A stretch of DNA of 64,000 nt, taken from positions 24,929 to 88,928 of IMG/VR virus record IMGVR_UViG_3300005663_001084, one strand, 5' to 3'. Shown in pieces: positions 35,787-45,230 of this stretch; positions within the stretch are counted from its first letter, which is position 1, and the number at the start of each line of letters is the position of its first letter. A model generated the notes under the pieces. The model was not told the DNA's origin and searched no databases. It was given only the letters and a program-made list of their open reading frames with translations. Both the position numbers and the translations under genes were made by a program. Origin of the DNA: a virus.

Positions 35787-37140
35787 CAGCTACAAGCTCA
35801 CCCACTGGAATCAGTACCCACGCGGCACGGAGAAGGTCTACTCCTACTTCGAGGCGAGGCCCGGCGCGAAGTACCGCGACACCGTGTTCTTCGGTCTCCA
35901 GTACATCATCGCCGAGTACCTCGCAGGCCACGTCGTCACGACCCAGAAGATCGACGAGGCCGAGGCGTTGGCAGCCCAGCACTTCGGCAATCCGAACATC
36001 TTCAACCGCGCCCGCTGGGACCACATCGTCGACCAGCACGACGGCCGCCTGCCTGTCCGCATCAAGGCGGTGCCCGAGGGCACGCCGGTCCCTGTCAACA
36101 ACGTGATGATGACCATCGAGAACACGGACCCGGCCTGCTACTGGCTGACCAACCACCTGGAGACGATCCTCACGCACGTGTGGTACCCGTCCACCGTGGC
36201 CACGCAGAGCCGGGAGGCCAAGCGGATCTGCAAGAGGTACCTCGAAGAGACTGCCGAGTCCGCTGGCGGCCTGGACTTCATGCTGCACGACTTCGGCTAC
36301 CGTGGCGTGTCGTCGGTGGAGTCGGCTGGCCTCGGCGGCGCTGGTCACCTCGTCAACTTCCACGGCACTGACACCATCGCGGCGATGGAACTGCTGCGTC
36401 AGTACTACGATGCCGACGTACCCGCGTTCAGCGTACCGGCCACCGAACACAGCGTGATGACCGCGCACGGTGCAGACGGTGAGAACTGGGTGCTGTCGCA
36501 ACTGCTCGATGCCTACCCTACCGGCATCCTGTCCATCGTGATCGACTCGTACGACTACCGGAAGTTCATCAAGATGGCAGGCACGACGTTCAAGGATCGC
36601 ATCCTTGCCCGCGACGGCAAGGTCGTCTTCCGTCCCGACAGCGGAGATCCGTGCGAGGTGACACTGGAGGTCCTGGAACTGCTGGGCGAGTACTTCGGGT
36701 CAGCCGACGGTAAGCCCGGCTACAAGATCCTGCACCCCCAGGTCGGCGTGATCTGGGGCGATGGCATCGATCTCGAAGACATGGAGCGCATCCTGGCCGA
36801 CATCACCTACGCGGGTTGGAGCGCCGAGAACATGGTGTTCGGCATGGGCGGCGGCCTGCTCCAGAAAGTCAACCGCGACATCCAGCGCTTCGCGTTCAAG
36901 AGCAGCTACCAGGAGCGCGGCGGCGAAGGCCACGACATCTTCAAGGAGCCCATCGACAAGACCAAGACCAGCAAGAAGGGCCGACTGAAGCTGGTGCGCC
37001 TCGAAGGCGCGCACGGCTCCACGCTGACCACCGTCGGCATCGATGATCCACGCGAGGACCTGCTGGAGACGGTCTTCGAGGGCGGTCAGGTCCTGAAACG
37101 TTACAGCCTGGACGAGATCCGCGCGAGAGCAGCACTGTAA
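35758..37140 (+). CDS. nadV: nicotinamide phosphoribosyltransferase (NAMPT/NadV)
   Basis: MKTNIVLATDSYKLTHWNQYP...FGYRGVSS...HGTDT. It is co-linear with the NAMPT family throughout. The track ORF 35146..37140 is over-extended into the nadM alternate frame. Confidence 0.85.
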   Translation: MKTNIVLATDSYKLTHWNQYPRGTEKVYSYFEARPGAKYRDTVFFGLQYIIAEYLAGHVVTTQKIDEAEALAAQHFGNPNIFNRARWDHIVDQHDGRLPVRIKAVPEGTPVPVNNVMMTIENTDPACYWLTNHLETILTHVWYPSTVATQSREAKRICKRYLEETAESAGGLDFMLHDFGYRGVSSVESAGLGGAGHLVNFHGTDTIAAMELLRQYYDADVPAFSVPATEHSVMTAHGADGENWVLSQLLDAYPTGILSIVIDSYDYRKFIKMAGTTFKDRILARDGKVVFRPDSGDPCEVTLEVLELLGEYFGSADGKPGYKILHPQVGVIWGDGIDLEDMERILADITYAGWSAENMVFGMGGGLLQKVNRDIQRFAFKSSYQERGGEGHDIFKEPIDKTKTSKKGRLKLVRLEGAHGSTLTTVGIDDPREDLLETVFEGGQVLKRYSLDEIRARAAL

Positions 37141-37184
37141 CACCCAGAAGCAGCCCCGGATGCACGTTATTGGCCCGGGGTTGC

Positions 37185-37221
37185 TTTTTACCTGCCCGAA
37201 TAGCCATCCCGATCCGATGAT
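37185..37221 (+). promoter_or_regulatory. class-1 conserved promoter
   Basis: tttaCCTGCCCGAATAGCCaTCCcgATCCGATGATatg. Confidence 0.55.
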
Positions 37222-37692
37222 ATGGGTGGAGACAAGCAGATGCACAAGAACTACCTGGAGATCGACCCGCGCGGCGGGCCAACCAACGTACCTGCCGGTC
37301 AGGTCTTTGGTGGCGTGCGCTTCACGTTACTGAAGGGAGCCACAGAACAGCGAGTGGAAGTCAACTCGCTGTTCTGTGGACCGGCAGTGATCAGCAGGAT
37401 CAACTTGGACCCGCACGGCGCGACCTCGGCGGTGGTCTACCAGCTTGTTCACGATGGCCAGATCACATGCGTCTGGCACCAAAGACACCTTGGGCCAGCC
37501 CTCCAGATCTTTGACCGGCGCTACGACATCTCCCGGGACCGCGAGGCCGAACGGCGTGGCGAGAACCTGAAGGAGTTCGGCGAGCAGTCGGCCCGGGCAC
37601 TGGTGGGCATGACCAGGGCCGACCGGATGAGCATCATGCACCGAGCTATGGTGCCCGGTGCAGGCGAGGAGGCGTGGACATGGGTCAAGTAA
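37222..37692 (+). CDS. hypothetical protein
   Basis: ORF. The alternative start ATG 37240 (MHKNY) follows GGAG. Confidence 0.45.
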   Translation: MGGDKQMHKNYLEIDPRGGPTNVPAGQVFGGVRFTLLKGATEQRVEVNSLFCGPAVISRINLDPHGATSAVVYQLVHDGQITCVWHQRHLGPALQIFDRRYDISRDREAERRGENLKEFGEQSARALVGMTRADRMSIMHRAMVPGAGEEAWTWVK

Positions 37693-37898
37693 AGAAGGTA
37701 ACCTTGGAACTCGACGTGGAACTGACCGAGGAGCAGCTTCAGAAGATCTTGATCGCCTGCGCGCAGACCATCGCAGAGAAGCTGGGCGAGGGTCACGACG
37801 TACAGGTGATACAGAATCCTGTTGCGTTCCCCACTATGACTGGCCTGTCCCACATCGTCATGGAGCACAGCATCGTGGCGGTCGACCTGGAGAGGTAA
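37674..37898 (+). CDS. hypothetical protein
   Basis: ORF. Confidence 0.35.
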   Translation: MDMGQVKKVTLELDVELTEEQLQKILIACAQTIAEKLGEGHDVQVIQNPVAFPTMTGLSHIVMEHSIVAVDLER

Positions 37899-37900
37899 CA

Positions 37901-38518
37901 GTGGAATACTACGAGTCACATTGCCCTGACTGTAACGCGACCTACCGTTGGGTTGGCTACAAGACTGGCATCGGCAAGACGCCCGAGCAGCTTGCTGCTA
38001 TGAATCGCCTGCACACTACCTGCGAGAGATGCGGCAGCACGAACCTGAAGACTGGGCTCGACCACGGCAGCCCGGAAGCGCAGGCGTACGACTCGGCGTT
38101 GAAAGGCACGATCAGCAGAATGCTACAGCCCACCCAGGAGGTGCGGACAGTCAAGACGACCGAGACCAAGCTCAGTGACGATGTGTGCCTGACTTGCCTT
38201 TTCTCCCACATGGAGCAGGTGTCTGTTGAGGATGGGAAGCTGAAAGTCCTTGGTCGGCTCGGCTATCCACCCGTTCTCAAGGGCTCTGTGGAGGCTGACT
38301 TTAAGATCGAGGTGGAACCTGAGACGGGCCATTTACGGGCACTCGTGGCTGGCCCGATCCGAACGGATTCTCATCCCATCAAGTACCGTGTGGACGTGGC
38401 TGAATTGGGGATGAGAGTGCACTGGATTGGAGATGCAAAAAGACGATGGCTAATGAGACGGACTGGGAAGAAACGTTGGAGGAACTTTGATGGCGGTGAC
38501 CCCCCTTCGAGAACATAG
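37901..38518 (+). CDS. zinc-ribbon protein
   Basis: GTG start after GGAGAGG. CPDCNATY...CERCGS. Confidence 0.45.
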   Translation: MEYYESHCPDCNATYRWVGYKTGIGKTPEQLAAMNRLHTTCERCGSTNLKTGLDHGSPEAQAYDSALKGTISRMLQPTQEVRTVKTTETKLSDDVCLTCLFSHMEQVSVEDGKLKVLGRLGYPPVLKGSVEADFKIEVEPETGHLRALVAGPIRTDSHPIKYRVDVAELGMRVHWIGDAKRRWLMRRTGKKRWRNFDGGDPPSRT

Positions 38519-38566
38519 GCCCCCTCGGCGTCAATGACCACGATGTGAAGTACGGAGACAACCAAG

Positions 38567-38785
38567 ATGACACTCAACGGTGAAGCGCGAGGGATCGCAG
38601 ATCTGCATCGCTGCCAGATCCAGGGCTACCTCAAGGCGGTCAAGGCTACGCTGTACTCGCTGGAGGAAGACTGCTCGCTGTTCAAGCATATGCCCAAGAC
38701 GCACATTCAGATCGGTAACCTGCTCTCCCAACTTGGACACGTCATGGCTGAGTGTGACGACGAGTTCTTGACGCAGGCACGCTGA
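38567..38785 (+). CDS. hypothetical protein
   Basis: ORF. Confidence 0.4.
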   Translation: MTLNGEARGIADLHRCQIQGYLKAVKATLYSLEEDCSLFKHMPKTHIQIGNLLSQLGHVMAECDDEFLTQAR

Positions 38786-39078
38786 TGGTCCCCCCGATCC
38801 ATCTCAACGACTCCGGCCCACGCGTCGCCCACTGGATCTTCTGTCCACGCTGTGGGTGGCAGACGCCCAAGCCCAACAGCGCCTGCGCCAATACCTGTTG
38901 CGGTAATGACCTCCACTACGCTGACCTGAGTCAGGCTGACCTCGACGAGATGGAGCGCGACGGCCTCACCGTCAAGGAGTTGGTCGACCGCTACTGGCAG
39001 AAGAGACGGGACGCTCAGCCGAAGCCTAAGAAGTTGCCGGACGAGGACCCGTACGACTGGAAGCCGCCGGAGGAGTAG
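38785..39078 (+). CDS. zinc-ribbon protein
   Basis: CPRCGWQTP...CANTCCG. Confidence 0.45.
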   Translation: MVPPIHLNDSGPRVAHWIFCPRCGWQTPKPNSACANTCCGNDLHYADLSQADLDEMERDGLTVKELVDRYWQKRRDAQPKPKKLPDEDPYDWKPPEE

Positions 39079-39079
39079 G

Positions 39080-39283
39080 ATGAGCGAGTTGATCACGTTC
39101 TCCGAGGAACTGATCCCCCAGGTCGTCAGGATCATGCGGATGGGGATCGTCGTGGCCATGAAGCGAGAGGACAAGAGAGGCAACCGCGAAGAGCGTGCCC
39201 TTGTGAAACGTGCTGCGGTGGCGCTGGAAGAGCAGTGCGTCTCGCTTATGGAGTACTGGGACCAGATGCAGAGCGAGGACTGA
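39080..39283 (+). CDS. hypothetical protein
   Basis: ORF. Confidence 0.4.
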   Translation: MSELITFSEELIPQVVRIMRMGIVVAMKREDKRGNREERALVKRAAVALEEQCVSLMEYWDQMQSED

Positions 39284-39285
39284 CT

Positions 39286-39636
39286 GTGGGCGAAGCAAGG
39301 TCGTTGGTTCCCGGCAAGCCCCTCATCTGCCAAGTGTGCGAGAAGAACGAGGCCAAAGGCGTCTGCTGCGTGCCCAGCGTCCCATACTCGGCAGCGTACT
39401 GTCAGGAGTGTCTGAACGCCAATGCACACCCCTGGTTTATCATCGTGGCCAACACAGCCTGCGTGGGCAGCTACGAGGACTGCGCCCCGTGGTGGAAAGA
39501 GATGGTCGAGGATACCTGCAAGCACCTGGGCAAGACTCTGGAAGAGTTCAAGGCCGAGGTTCTCAAGGACGTCGAGGATATGGAGCGGAGTCTGCTGGAG
39601 CAACTGGGAGATCCGGATAACGGACAGGAGGACTGA
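39286..39636 (+). CDS. Cys-rich protein
   Basis: GTG start. CQVCEKNEAKGVCCVP...CQECLN. Confidence 0.45.
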   Translation: MGEARSLVPGKPLICQVCEKNEAKGVCCVPSVPYSAAYCQECLNANAHPWFIIVANTACVGSYEDCAPWWKEMVEDTCKHLGKTLEEFKAEVLKDVEDMERSLLEQLGDPDNGQED

Positions 39637-39671
39637 CACGTGTACGACTACGCAGATTTTCGTCCGGCCGC

Positions 39672-40103
39672 CTAAGCACCGTACTTCTCTCGTACGGTCT
39701 CCGCATACTTGGGCACCACAGCCACCGGGATCTGCTCGAAGCCTGCGTCACGCAGCACAGCGAAGCGGTGGCGACCGTTGGTGAATCCGGGCAGGCCGGA
39801 CTCGTACGGCCCAATCTCGGGCATGATGATCGGCACGTCCGGGTTGTCGTGGAACCACTGCTGGAACTTCTCATACCTGTTGCTGATCGTAGGCCCGGTG
39901 CCGCCGGGGCCTACGTAGTCCGACGACTGCGCCCAGGCCGCGTCGAACTTGGCCACGTCCACTACGACCTCAACATCGGTACCGGCACGTTCAGGTTTGA
40001 CGAACAGACGACCGCCAACATTGAACTTCTTGTGAGGAGAACTCTCCGGAGGCCGCTCCGCTGCCTCGGTCAGGATGTGGCGTATGGCTCGGCGCGCGTC
40101 CAT
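39672..40103 (-). CDS. L-family protein 10 with ParB-like domain
   Basis: N-terminus MDARRAIRHILTEAA. Motif GFTNGRHRFAVLRDAGF. Confidence 0.65.
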   Translation of the reverse strand: MDARRAIRHILTEAAERPPESSPHKKFNVGGRLFVKPERAGTDVEVVVDVAKFDAAWAQSSDYVGPGGTGPTISNRYEKFQQWFHDNPDVPIIMPEIGPYESGLPGFTNGRHRFAVLRDAGFEQIPVAVVPKYAETVREKYGA

Positions 40104-41095
40104 CAGTCACCTGCCTGACGCTGACGTTCCCGGCGGGCGAACAGCTTAGTCTTCTCTTTCTCCGCACGGCGTACAGACACAATCTTCACACTGGCATACT
40201 TGGTGCGTAGTTGATTGATCGCTTCGTGCCACCTGTCCACGCTTTTCATCACGTCGGTCCAGGTGTCGAAGGCGTAGCCTCGCTTACCCAAAAACGGAAA
40301 CTCCCCTGTCTTCTTCCAGTGCGGGTAAGCATCCATGTACTTCTGCTCAGGGCTGATCACCCAGATATCACTGGACTCCGGAACTTTAAGGGCACCGGAC
40401 TTCACTGCCCACTCGACCTCGGCAGAGTACAACGCGCCCATGTTCTTCACGCCCTGATGAAACCACTTCTTCCATTCGGAAGCGTCTGGGAAGTCCGGCT
40501 GGTCGTAGTCCAGGTGGCTCGTAATTGCTCTTCGGTATGGGTCGTCTGAGTTGTGCTCTTCATCCAGGAACTGCAAGAACAGCCTGACCATATCGTCGAC
40601 GCTGTTTATCCTGCGCCCTGATCTCGCGATCCAGTGGCCAAAACTCTGTAGTGGCCCGCTGTACTGGAATCCGTAGTGTTGCTGCGCCGCCCCGAAATCT
40701 CTGAGCGCTTTCAGGACGTAACTTCCCATCTTCGTAAGGATCTGCTGTGGGTCTCCGGGACTGTTGAACAGACGGCCGAGGGCTTCCATGTTGTTGGCCA
40801 TGAGGTACGCTGGATCGTCGTACCGGATCATCGATACGTCGTTGAGGGCGGCCACGTCATCGCCGGGCATGCGGATCAGGAGTTCGCGGAGTTGTCCCCA
40901 GTCCATGATCATGTCCTGAATGGACGTGGCCCCGATACCCTTCAGCCCTTCGAGGCGACCGCTCATCAGATTAGCGAGCATCTCGTCATAGTTATAGGAC
41001 CCGAAGTCCAGCGCGAGGTAGAAGTATTGAGGCACGGCAGCGTCGGCTGCCTCGGTCAGCATGATGCGGCGCATGGCTGTGCGGGTGGGGTCCAT
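40103..41095 (-). CDS. L-family protein 11 (330 aa)
   Basis: N-terminus MDPTRTAMRRIMLTEAA. ATGA-coupled. Confidence 0.7.
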   Translation of the reverse strand: MDPTRTAMRRIMLTEAADAAVPQYFYLALDFGSYNYDEMLANLMSGRLEGLKGIGATSIQDMIMDWGQLRELLIRMPGDDVAALNDVSMIRYDDPAYLMANNMEALGRLFNSPGDPQQILTKMGSYVLKALRDFGAAQQHYGFQYSGPLQSFGHWIARSGRRINSVDDMVRLFLQFLDEEHNSDDPYRRAITSHLDYDQPDFPDASEWKKWFHQGVKNMGALYSAEVEWAVKSGALKVPESSDIWVISPEQKYMDAYPHWKKTGEFPFLGKRGYAFDTWTDVMKSVDRWHEAINQLRTKYASVKIVSVRRAEKEKTKLFARRERQRQAGD

Positions 41096-41718
41096 CAGTA
41101 GTAGCTCGGGTTGTAGGGCCGGTCCTCGCCGTACTGCTCGACCAGGGCACGCAGGCTGTCGTCCAAATGCTCGACGGCCTCGCGATACTTGCTGTTGTTG
41201 AGTGGGTAGTACAGGGTGCCTGTCCGCTCGTAGACTACGAGAATCCCCAACGTCGCCTCGGCCAGCTTGATGACCACGTCGTAGCAGGCGTCAGCCGCCG
41301 CGCGGTACAGCGGGTCCTCCACCTGGAGCGAGCCCTTCATCCTGGTGGCGCGCTTGCGTAGCCGTGTCGCGGCCTTCTGCATCGACTCCAACGACTCGTC
41401 CTTGTACTTGCTGACCTCCAGGTGCTCGCGGTACACGTCGCGTACATACTCTTCGTTGACGTGGCGGATGATGCCCATCTCTTCGTTGATGTGGCCGACC
41501 TCGATGCGGAGCGGGCTGGCCTTCGCATAGACCGCAGAGCCCAGCGAGCCCAGGATGCAGTGGACCGCCTCGGCGATGCGCTGGAGGCCAATCTCGTACT
41601 CGGTGTATGCCTGGAACCAGCCGCCTTCTGGCAGGCCGCCGTAGATCGTGCCAAGGGCGCAGTGGTCAGGCGCAGCTTCGGTCAGCATCTGGCGTATGAC
41701 GTGGCGTGTCTGGTCCAT
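41095..41718 (-). CDS. L-family protein 12
   Basis: Internal start MDQTRHVIRQMLTEAA of ORF 41095..41817. Confidence 0.65.
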   Translation of the reverse strand: MDQTRHVIRQMLTEAAPDHCALGTIYGGLPEGGWFQAYTEYEIGLQRIAEAVHCILGSLGSAVYAKASPLRIEVGHINEEMGIIRHVNEEYVRDVYREHLEVSKYKDESLESMQKAATRLRKRATRMKGSLQVEDPLYRAAADACYDVVIKLAEATLGILVVYERTGTLYYPLNNSKYREAVEHLDDSLRALVEQYGEDRPYNPSYY

Positions 41719-41722
41719 CGCG

Positions 41723-43399
41723 TTACTCGAACAGGTGGATCTCTTTCGGATTGAACTCAGCTTCAAGGACTCCCTGAAGTTTGCCGGTCCACTTGTACTG
41801 ACCGGGGTTGACAACACTGAGCCTGCCGGTGTCGCCCTCGAAGTGGCCTTTCCAACGGCTATCGACAGGAGGGTCCAAGTAGTCCCAGACTAGGTTGTGC
41901 GACCACGTGGGCAGTTCACCGTGCTCCTGAAAATACTCTTCCATGGCTTCGTCGTCTTCCAGGTCGAAGTCAACCAAGTCTTCCATGATCTGTTGATGGC
42001 GCTCGACTTGACCGTGATTCAGCACCCATATCTCATGTGTTCTTGGGTCTGTATAATCCATCTCGAACTCGTCGCCAGGATCGACATGGTACGCCTCGTT
42101 GCCATGCCCAAGCTCGAAGTAGAATATCGCTGTACTTTCGTCACCAACCGTGTGCGGGACGACAGGAGACTCGGTCAGCAGGATACCGCGCATGATCTGC
42201 CGCATCGAGTCCGCCACGTGCCGCTCGCGTCCGCGCTGTCCGTAGGCGGGCTCCCCGAACTCGTCCGGCCACGGCGTGTCTTTGTACGACTGAAACTGTG
42301 GATCATCCAAGAACGTGCCAAGGTGTTTCCACCGCAGACGCAGGAGTTCCTCAGGAAGAAGCTCGTGCGTTCGGCTTTGGTTAAGCGGCCACGGGTTGGT
42401 GGGCCTTTCCTCGTCTCCCGGCATGAGGTCGCGTACGCTGCCGGGCTTGACGACGAACGTCGGTCCCACGCGCTCGATGTACTGCCTCCAGAACTCGGGG
42501 TCCGGCTTGCCGTAGAGTACCGTGTAGCGCTGGTACATGTCCGCGCCGGTCCTGGGCATCTGTCTCCAGTGCCATGCGTTGTCGTTCTGGACCGCCCAGA
42601 GGATCTTGTTGGCTCCCCGAAAGCCCACGTCCTGGTCAAGCCGGATGTTGCTGGCCCCAAACATCGCGCCTTTTGTATGCTTGGCGATCTGACCGCGCAC
42701 GGCCCGGAGCAGCTTCTCGTGCGCCTCGCGGACGATTGGCGTCGTCTTGGCTGTCCCACTCCAAGGATCGGTTGCCTTCTCTTCAATCGCCGCGCGCATC
42801 CAAGCTCGGATCATTTCCTTGTATGGGCGGAAGAGTCTCAGGGCGAACTCGCCGGGCATGCGCCGTTCGAGCTTCTCGTTCAAGAACCCGATGAAGTCCT
42901 CGAAGCTCGGCATCATGGCCCCGTCTACCTTGTCGTACCACTCCTTGTCCCAGTGCGCTGCCCCGGTCGCCTTCCGGTAGCTCTCCCAGTCAAGACTGTC
43001 AAGCGCGATCAGGATGGCCTGGGCCGTGTCCGACGAGGGGATGTTCTGGCCCACTCGGCGCATGAAGAGCGTGAGAGGGATGCTGGCCGAAAGCTGGTCT
43101 TCGTCGAACAGCGCGGTCCGCGTCTCGACCTGGAGGCCGAACACGACCGGCGCGCCGCCGAACTTCTCGGCTGCCTTTCTGGCTTCGCTCTCTGCCGTCA
43201 TCGCGTTCTGTGTAGCATAGATGCCTCCGTACGAGGCGATGGTGCCGCGCTCGGGATCGTACTGGCGCTGCTCGGGAGGAATGTCGGCACGCAGGCCCTC
43301 CTTGAAGACCAGACGGGCGCGGCCTGAAGACGTTCCGTGATAGTAGATCTCGCGGGCTTCGGTGAGCATCCTACGTATGGCTTGTCGGGCTGCGTCCAT
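41723..43399 (-). CDS. L-family protein 13 (about 558 aa); possible H-Y-E ADP-ribosyltransferase-like N-terminal domain; internal second leader motif
   Basis: N-terminus MDAARQAIRRMLTEARE. Candidate ART motifs YYHGTSSGR and YGGIYAT. Internal copy SMRQIMRGILLTES. The C-terminal approximately 170 aa are homologous to protein 14 (FYFELGHGN...LPTWSH...KGHFEGDTGRLS...EIHLFE). Confidence 0.7.
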   Translation of the reverse strand: MDAARQAIRRMLTEAREIYYHGTSSGRARLVFKEGLRADIPPEQRQYDPERGTIASYGGIYATQNAMTAESEARKAAEKFGGAPVVFGLQVETRTALFDEDQLSASIPLTLFMRRVGQNIPSSDTAQAILIALDSLDWESYRKATGAAHWDKEWYDKVDGAMMPSFEDFIGFLNEKLERRMPGEFALRLFRPYKEMIRAWMRAAIEEKATDPWSGTAKTTPIVREAHEKLLRAVRGQIAKHTKGAMFGASNIRLDQDVGFRGANKILWAVQNDNAWHWRQMPRTGADMYQRYTVLYGKPDPEFWRQYIERVGPTFVVKPGSVRDLMPGDEERPTNPWPLNQSRTHELLPEELLRLRWKHLGTFLDDPQFQSYKDTPWPDEFGEPAYGQRGRERHVADSMRQIMRGILLTESPVVPHTVGDESTAIFYFELGHGNEAYHVDPGDEFEMDYTDPRTHEIWVLNHGQVERHQQIMEDLVDFDLEDDEAMEEYFQEHGELPTWSHNLVWDYLDPPVDSRWKGHFEGDTGRLSVVNPGQYKWTGKLQGVLEAEFNPKEIHLFE

Positions 43400-43403
43400 T
43401 GCG

Positions 43404-45230
43404 CTACTCAAAAACGTGAATTTCAGTCGGGCTGAACTCGGAGCGGAGCATTCCGATCAACTGGTTGGTGAGTTTGAAGCGTCCAGGGTTCATGGCGCTG
43501 AGCCTTCCGGTGTCACCCTCATAATGACCTTTCCAGTACTGGTCGGGGTTCGGCCAGAGCATACCATGCGACCACGTGGGCAAGCCTCGTCCCTTCTCTT
43601 CTTGTTGATCGACGTAAGCCTGCAACGCTTCGGGATCGCTTAGGTCAACACCCTCGTCCTCGATGTTAGGCATGTTAAGCTGATGGTAACGCTGGATTTC
43701 GCCGTGCATCAGAACCCAAATCTCATGGGTCAGCGGATCGGTGTACTCCATCCCGTCGTCATACGAGGTGTTCCCGTGTCCGAGGTCGAAGTAAAATACG
43801 GATGTACCTTCATCGTCGATCTTGTGGAGCGTGACATCGCTGGCGACGACAGATTCGGGGAGGCTCTCCTTGTCCATCACCACAAGAGCCGGAAGCGCCT
43901 CGACACCCAGGACGTGGAGAGCGTCGTACCGGTGGCTGCCCTCCAGGACGTACGGGCCTTCTTTGTCGACAACCACGATCAGCGGCACGATCCAACCACT
44001 TGCAGCGATCTGCTGCGCCAGTTCGCGGGCCGCCTCGTTGTCATCTCCAGAAGTCTCGAAAGCAGACAAGGGAACGGCGCGGATGCCGGACAGCACCTCG
44101 TAGTCCAGAAGACTGGCCGCGATGGAACTGGTATTTGGAACTTCGTCACCCACGCGGAGGCCGCTGACCTCGTCACCAGCCCGTGGGTAGAGTTCGTCCT
44201 CCTGGGCCTCGGCGAGTATTCGACGTATCACACGTCGGCTTTCGGTCAGCGCCTCGTCCTGCCCGGCGTAAAACCTGCGGATCGCACCCATGATGCGGCG
44301 CGAGTTTTCTCCGGGATCGAACATGTAGGACTTATTCCGTTCGGCCTTCCAGTAGTAGTCGTTACGCTCGTCGAATTCGCCCAGGCCGTCCTCCATATCG
44401 ACCGGCATGCCCTCGGCGCTGAAGTTATCGATCCAGCCCTCCAAGGTCCGGTACTGCGCCGAGGTGGGCTGGACCATCATGTCGAGGCCGCCGTCTTCAG
44501 GCATCAGACGGATCGCGCCCAGGCTCATAAACTCCTGCATGCCGCGCGTGCCGCCCCCGCCGTAACCGATGTTCCGATGGTCAAAGCCGCGCCCGTAGCC
44601 GCCGCCCCCGCCCGAGATCATGTCGCCGTCAGGCAGCAAGTAGAACGCATCGGTGAAGCTGCTCGTGATCCCGAACCGGCCCTTGGCTTTCTCGAACGGG
44701 TCGGCCTCGTCCTCCGCGTCCTCTACGCCGGGCCAGTCCTCCATGGACAGCGGCATCTCGTTGTCTAGCTTTCGGAGAACCTGGAGCGGGATCTCGCGGT
44801 ACCTGGACTCCTGGCCGTTCTGCACACTACGGAATACGGAGCGAGCGTACTCTCCGGCCGACCAGCCGAACTCGTCACTGATCACTCCAATGATCCGGGC
44901 GTGGAAGTCCAGCAGTATCTGGGGTTCGTTCTGGACGAGCGCAGCCATCTCTCCCGGATTCCAGTTGAGTGCGTCGTAGACCGCGCTCCAGATAGTCCGG
45001 TGCTCACCCTCGTCGAACGTAGCCAGCGTGTACTCGGGGAACAGTTCAGTGACAATCCTCTCGTAGCGCTGCCAGTCGTAGTCCCTGTCCTCCTCACGGT
45101 TTACCGCGTCCAGGAAGAACTCCCGCAGGTGATCGTACGTCATGTTCCAGACGTGCCGAGGCTGGGTGGGAGCCTCAACGCTGGCCTGCTCGGCCAACAC
45201 CTGCCGCATCACTAGGCGAGTGGCATCCAT
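43404..45230 (-). CDS. L-family protein 14 (about 608 aa) with internal leader copy, ParB-like domain and a C-terminal domain shared with protein 13
   Basis: N-terminus MDATRLVMRQVLAEQ. Internal copy ESRRVIRRILAEAQ. ParB-like motif YVLEGSHRYDALHVLG. C-terminal FYFDLGHGN...LPTWSH...EIHVFE. Confidence 0.7.
   Translation of the reverse strand: MDATRLVMRQVLAEQASVEAPTQPRHVWNMTYDHLREFFLDAVNREEDRDYDWQRYERIVTELFPEYTLATFDEGEHRTIWSAVYDALNWNPGEMAALVQNEPQILLDFHARIIGVISDEFGWSAGEYARSVFRSVQNGQESRYREIPLQVLRKLDNEMPLSMEDWPGVEDAEDEADPFEKAKGRFGITSSFTDAFYLLPDGDMISGGGGGYGRGFDHRNIGYGGGGTRGMQEFMSLGAIRLMPEDGGLDMMVQPTSAQYRTLEGWIDNFSAEGMPVDMEDGLGEFDERNDYYWKAERNKSYMFDPGENSRRIMGAIRRFYAGQDEALTESRRVIRRILAEAQEDELYPRAGDEVSGLRVGDEVPNTSSIAASLLDYEVLSGIRAVPLSAFETSGDDNEAARELAQQIAASGWIVPLIVVVDKEGPYVLEGSHRYDALHVLGVEALPALVVMDKESLPESVVASDVTLHKIDDEGTSVFYFDLGHGNTSYDDGMEYTDPLTHEIWVLMHGEIQRYHQLNMPNIEDEGVDLSDPEALQAYVDQQEEKGRGLPTWSHGMLWPNPDQYWKGHYEGDTGRLSAMNPGRFKLTNQLIGMLRSEFSPTEIHVFE

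Noticed and set aside
41897-44768. Long plus-strand ORFs 41897..43327 and 43683..44768
   Set aside because: Antisense to L-family genes 13 and 14, which have strong family support.
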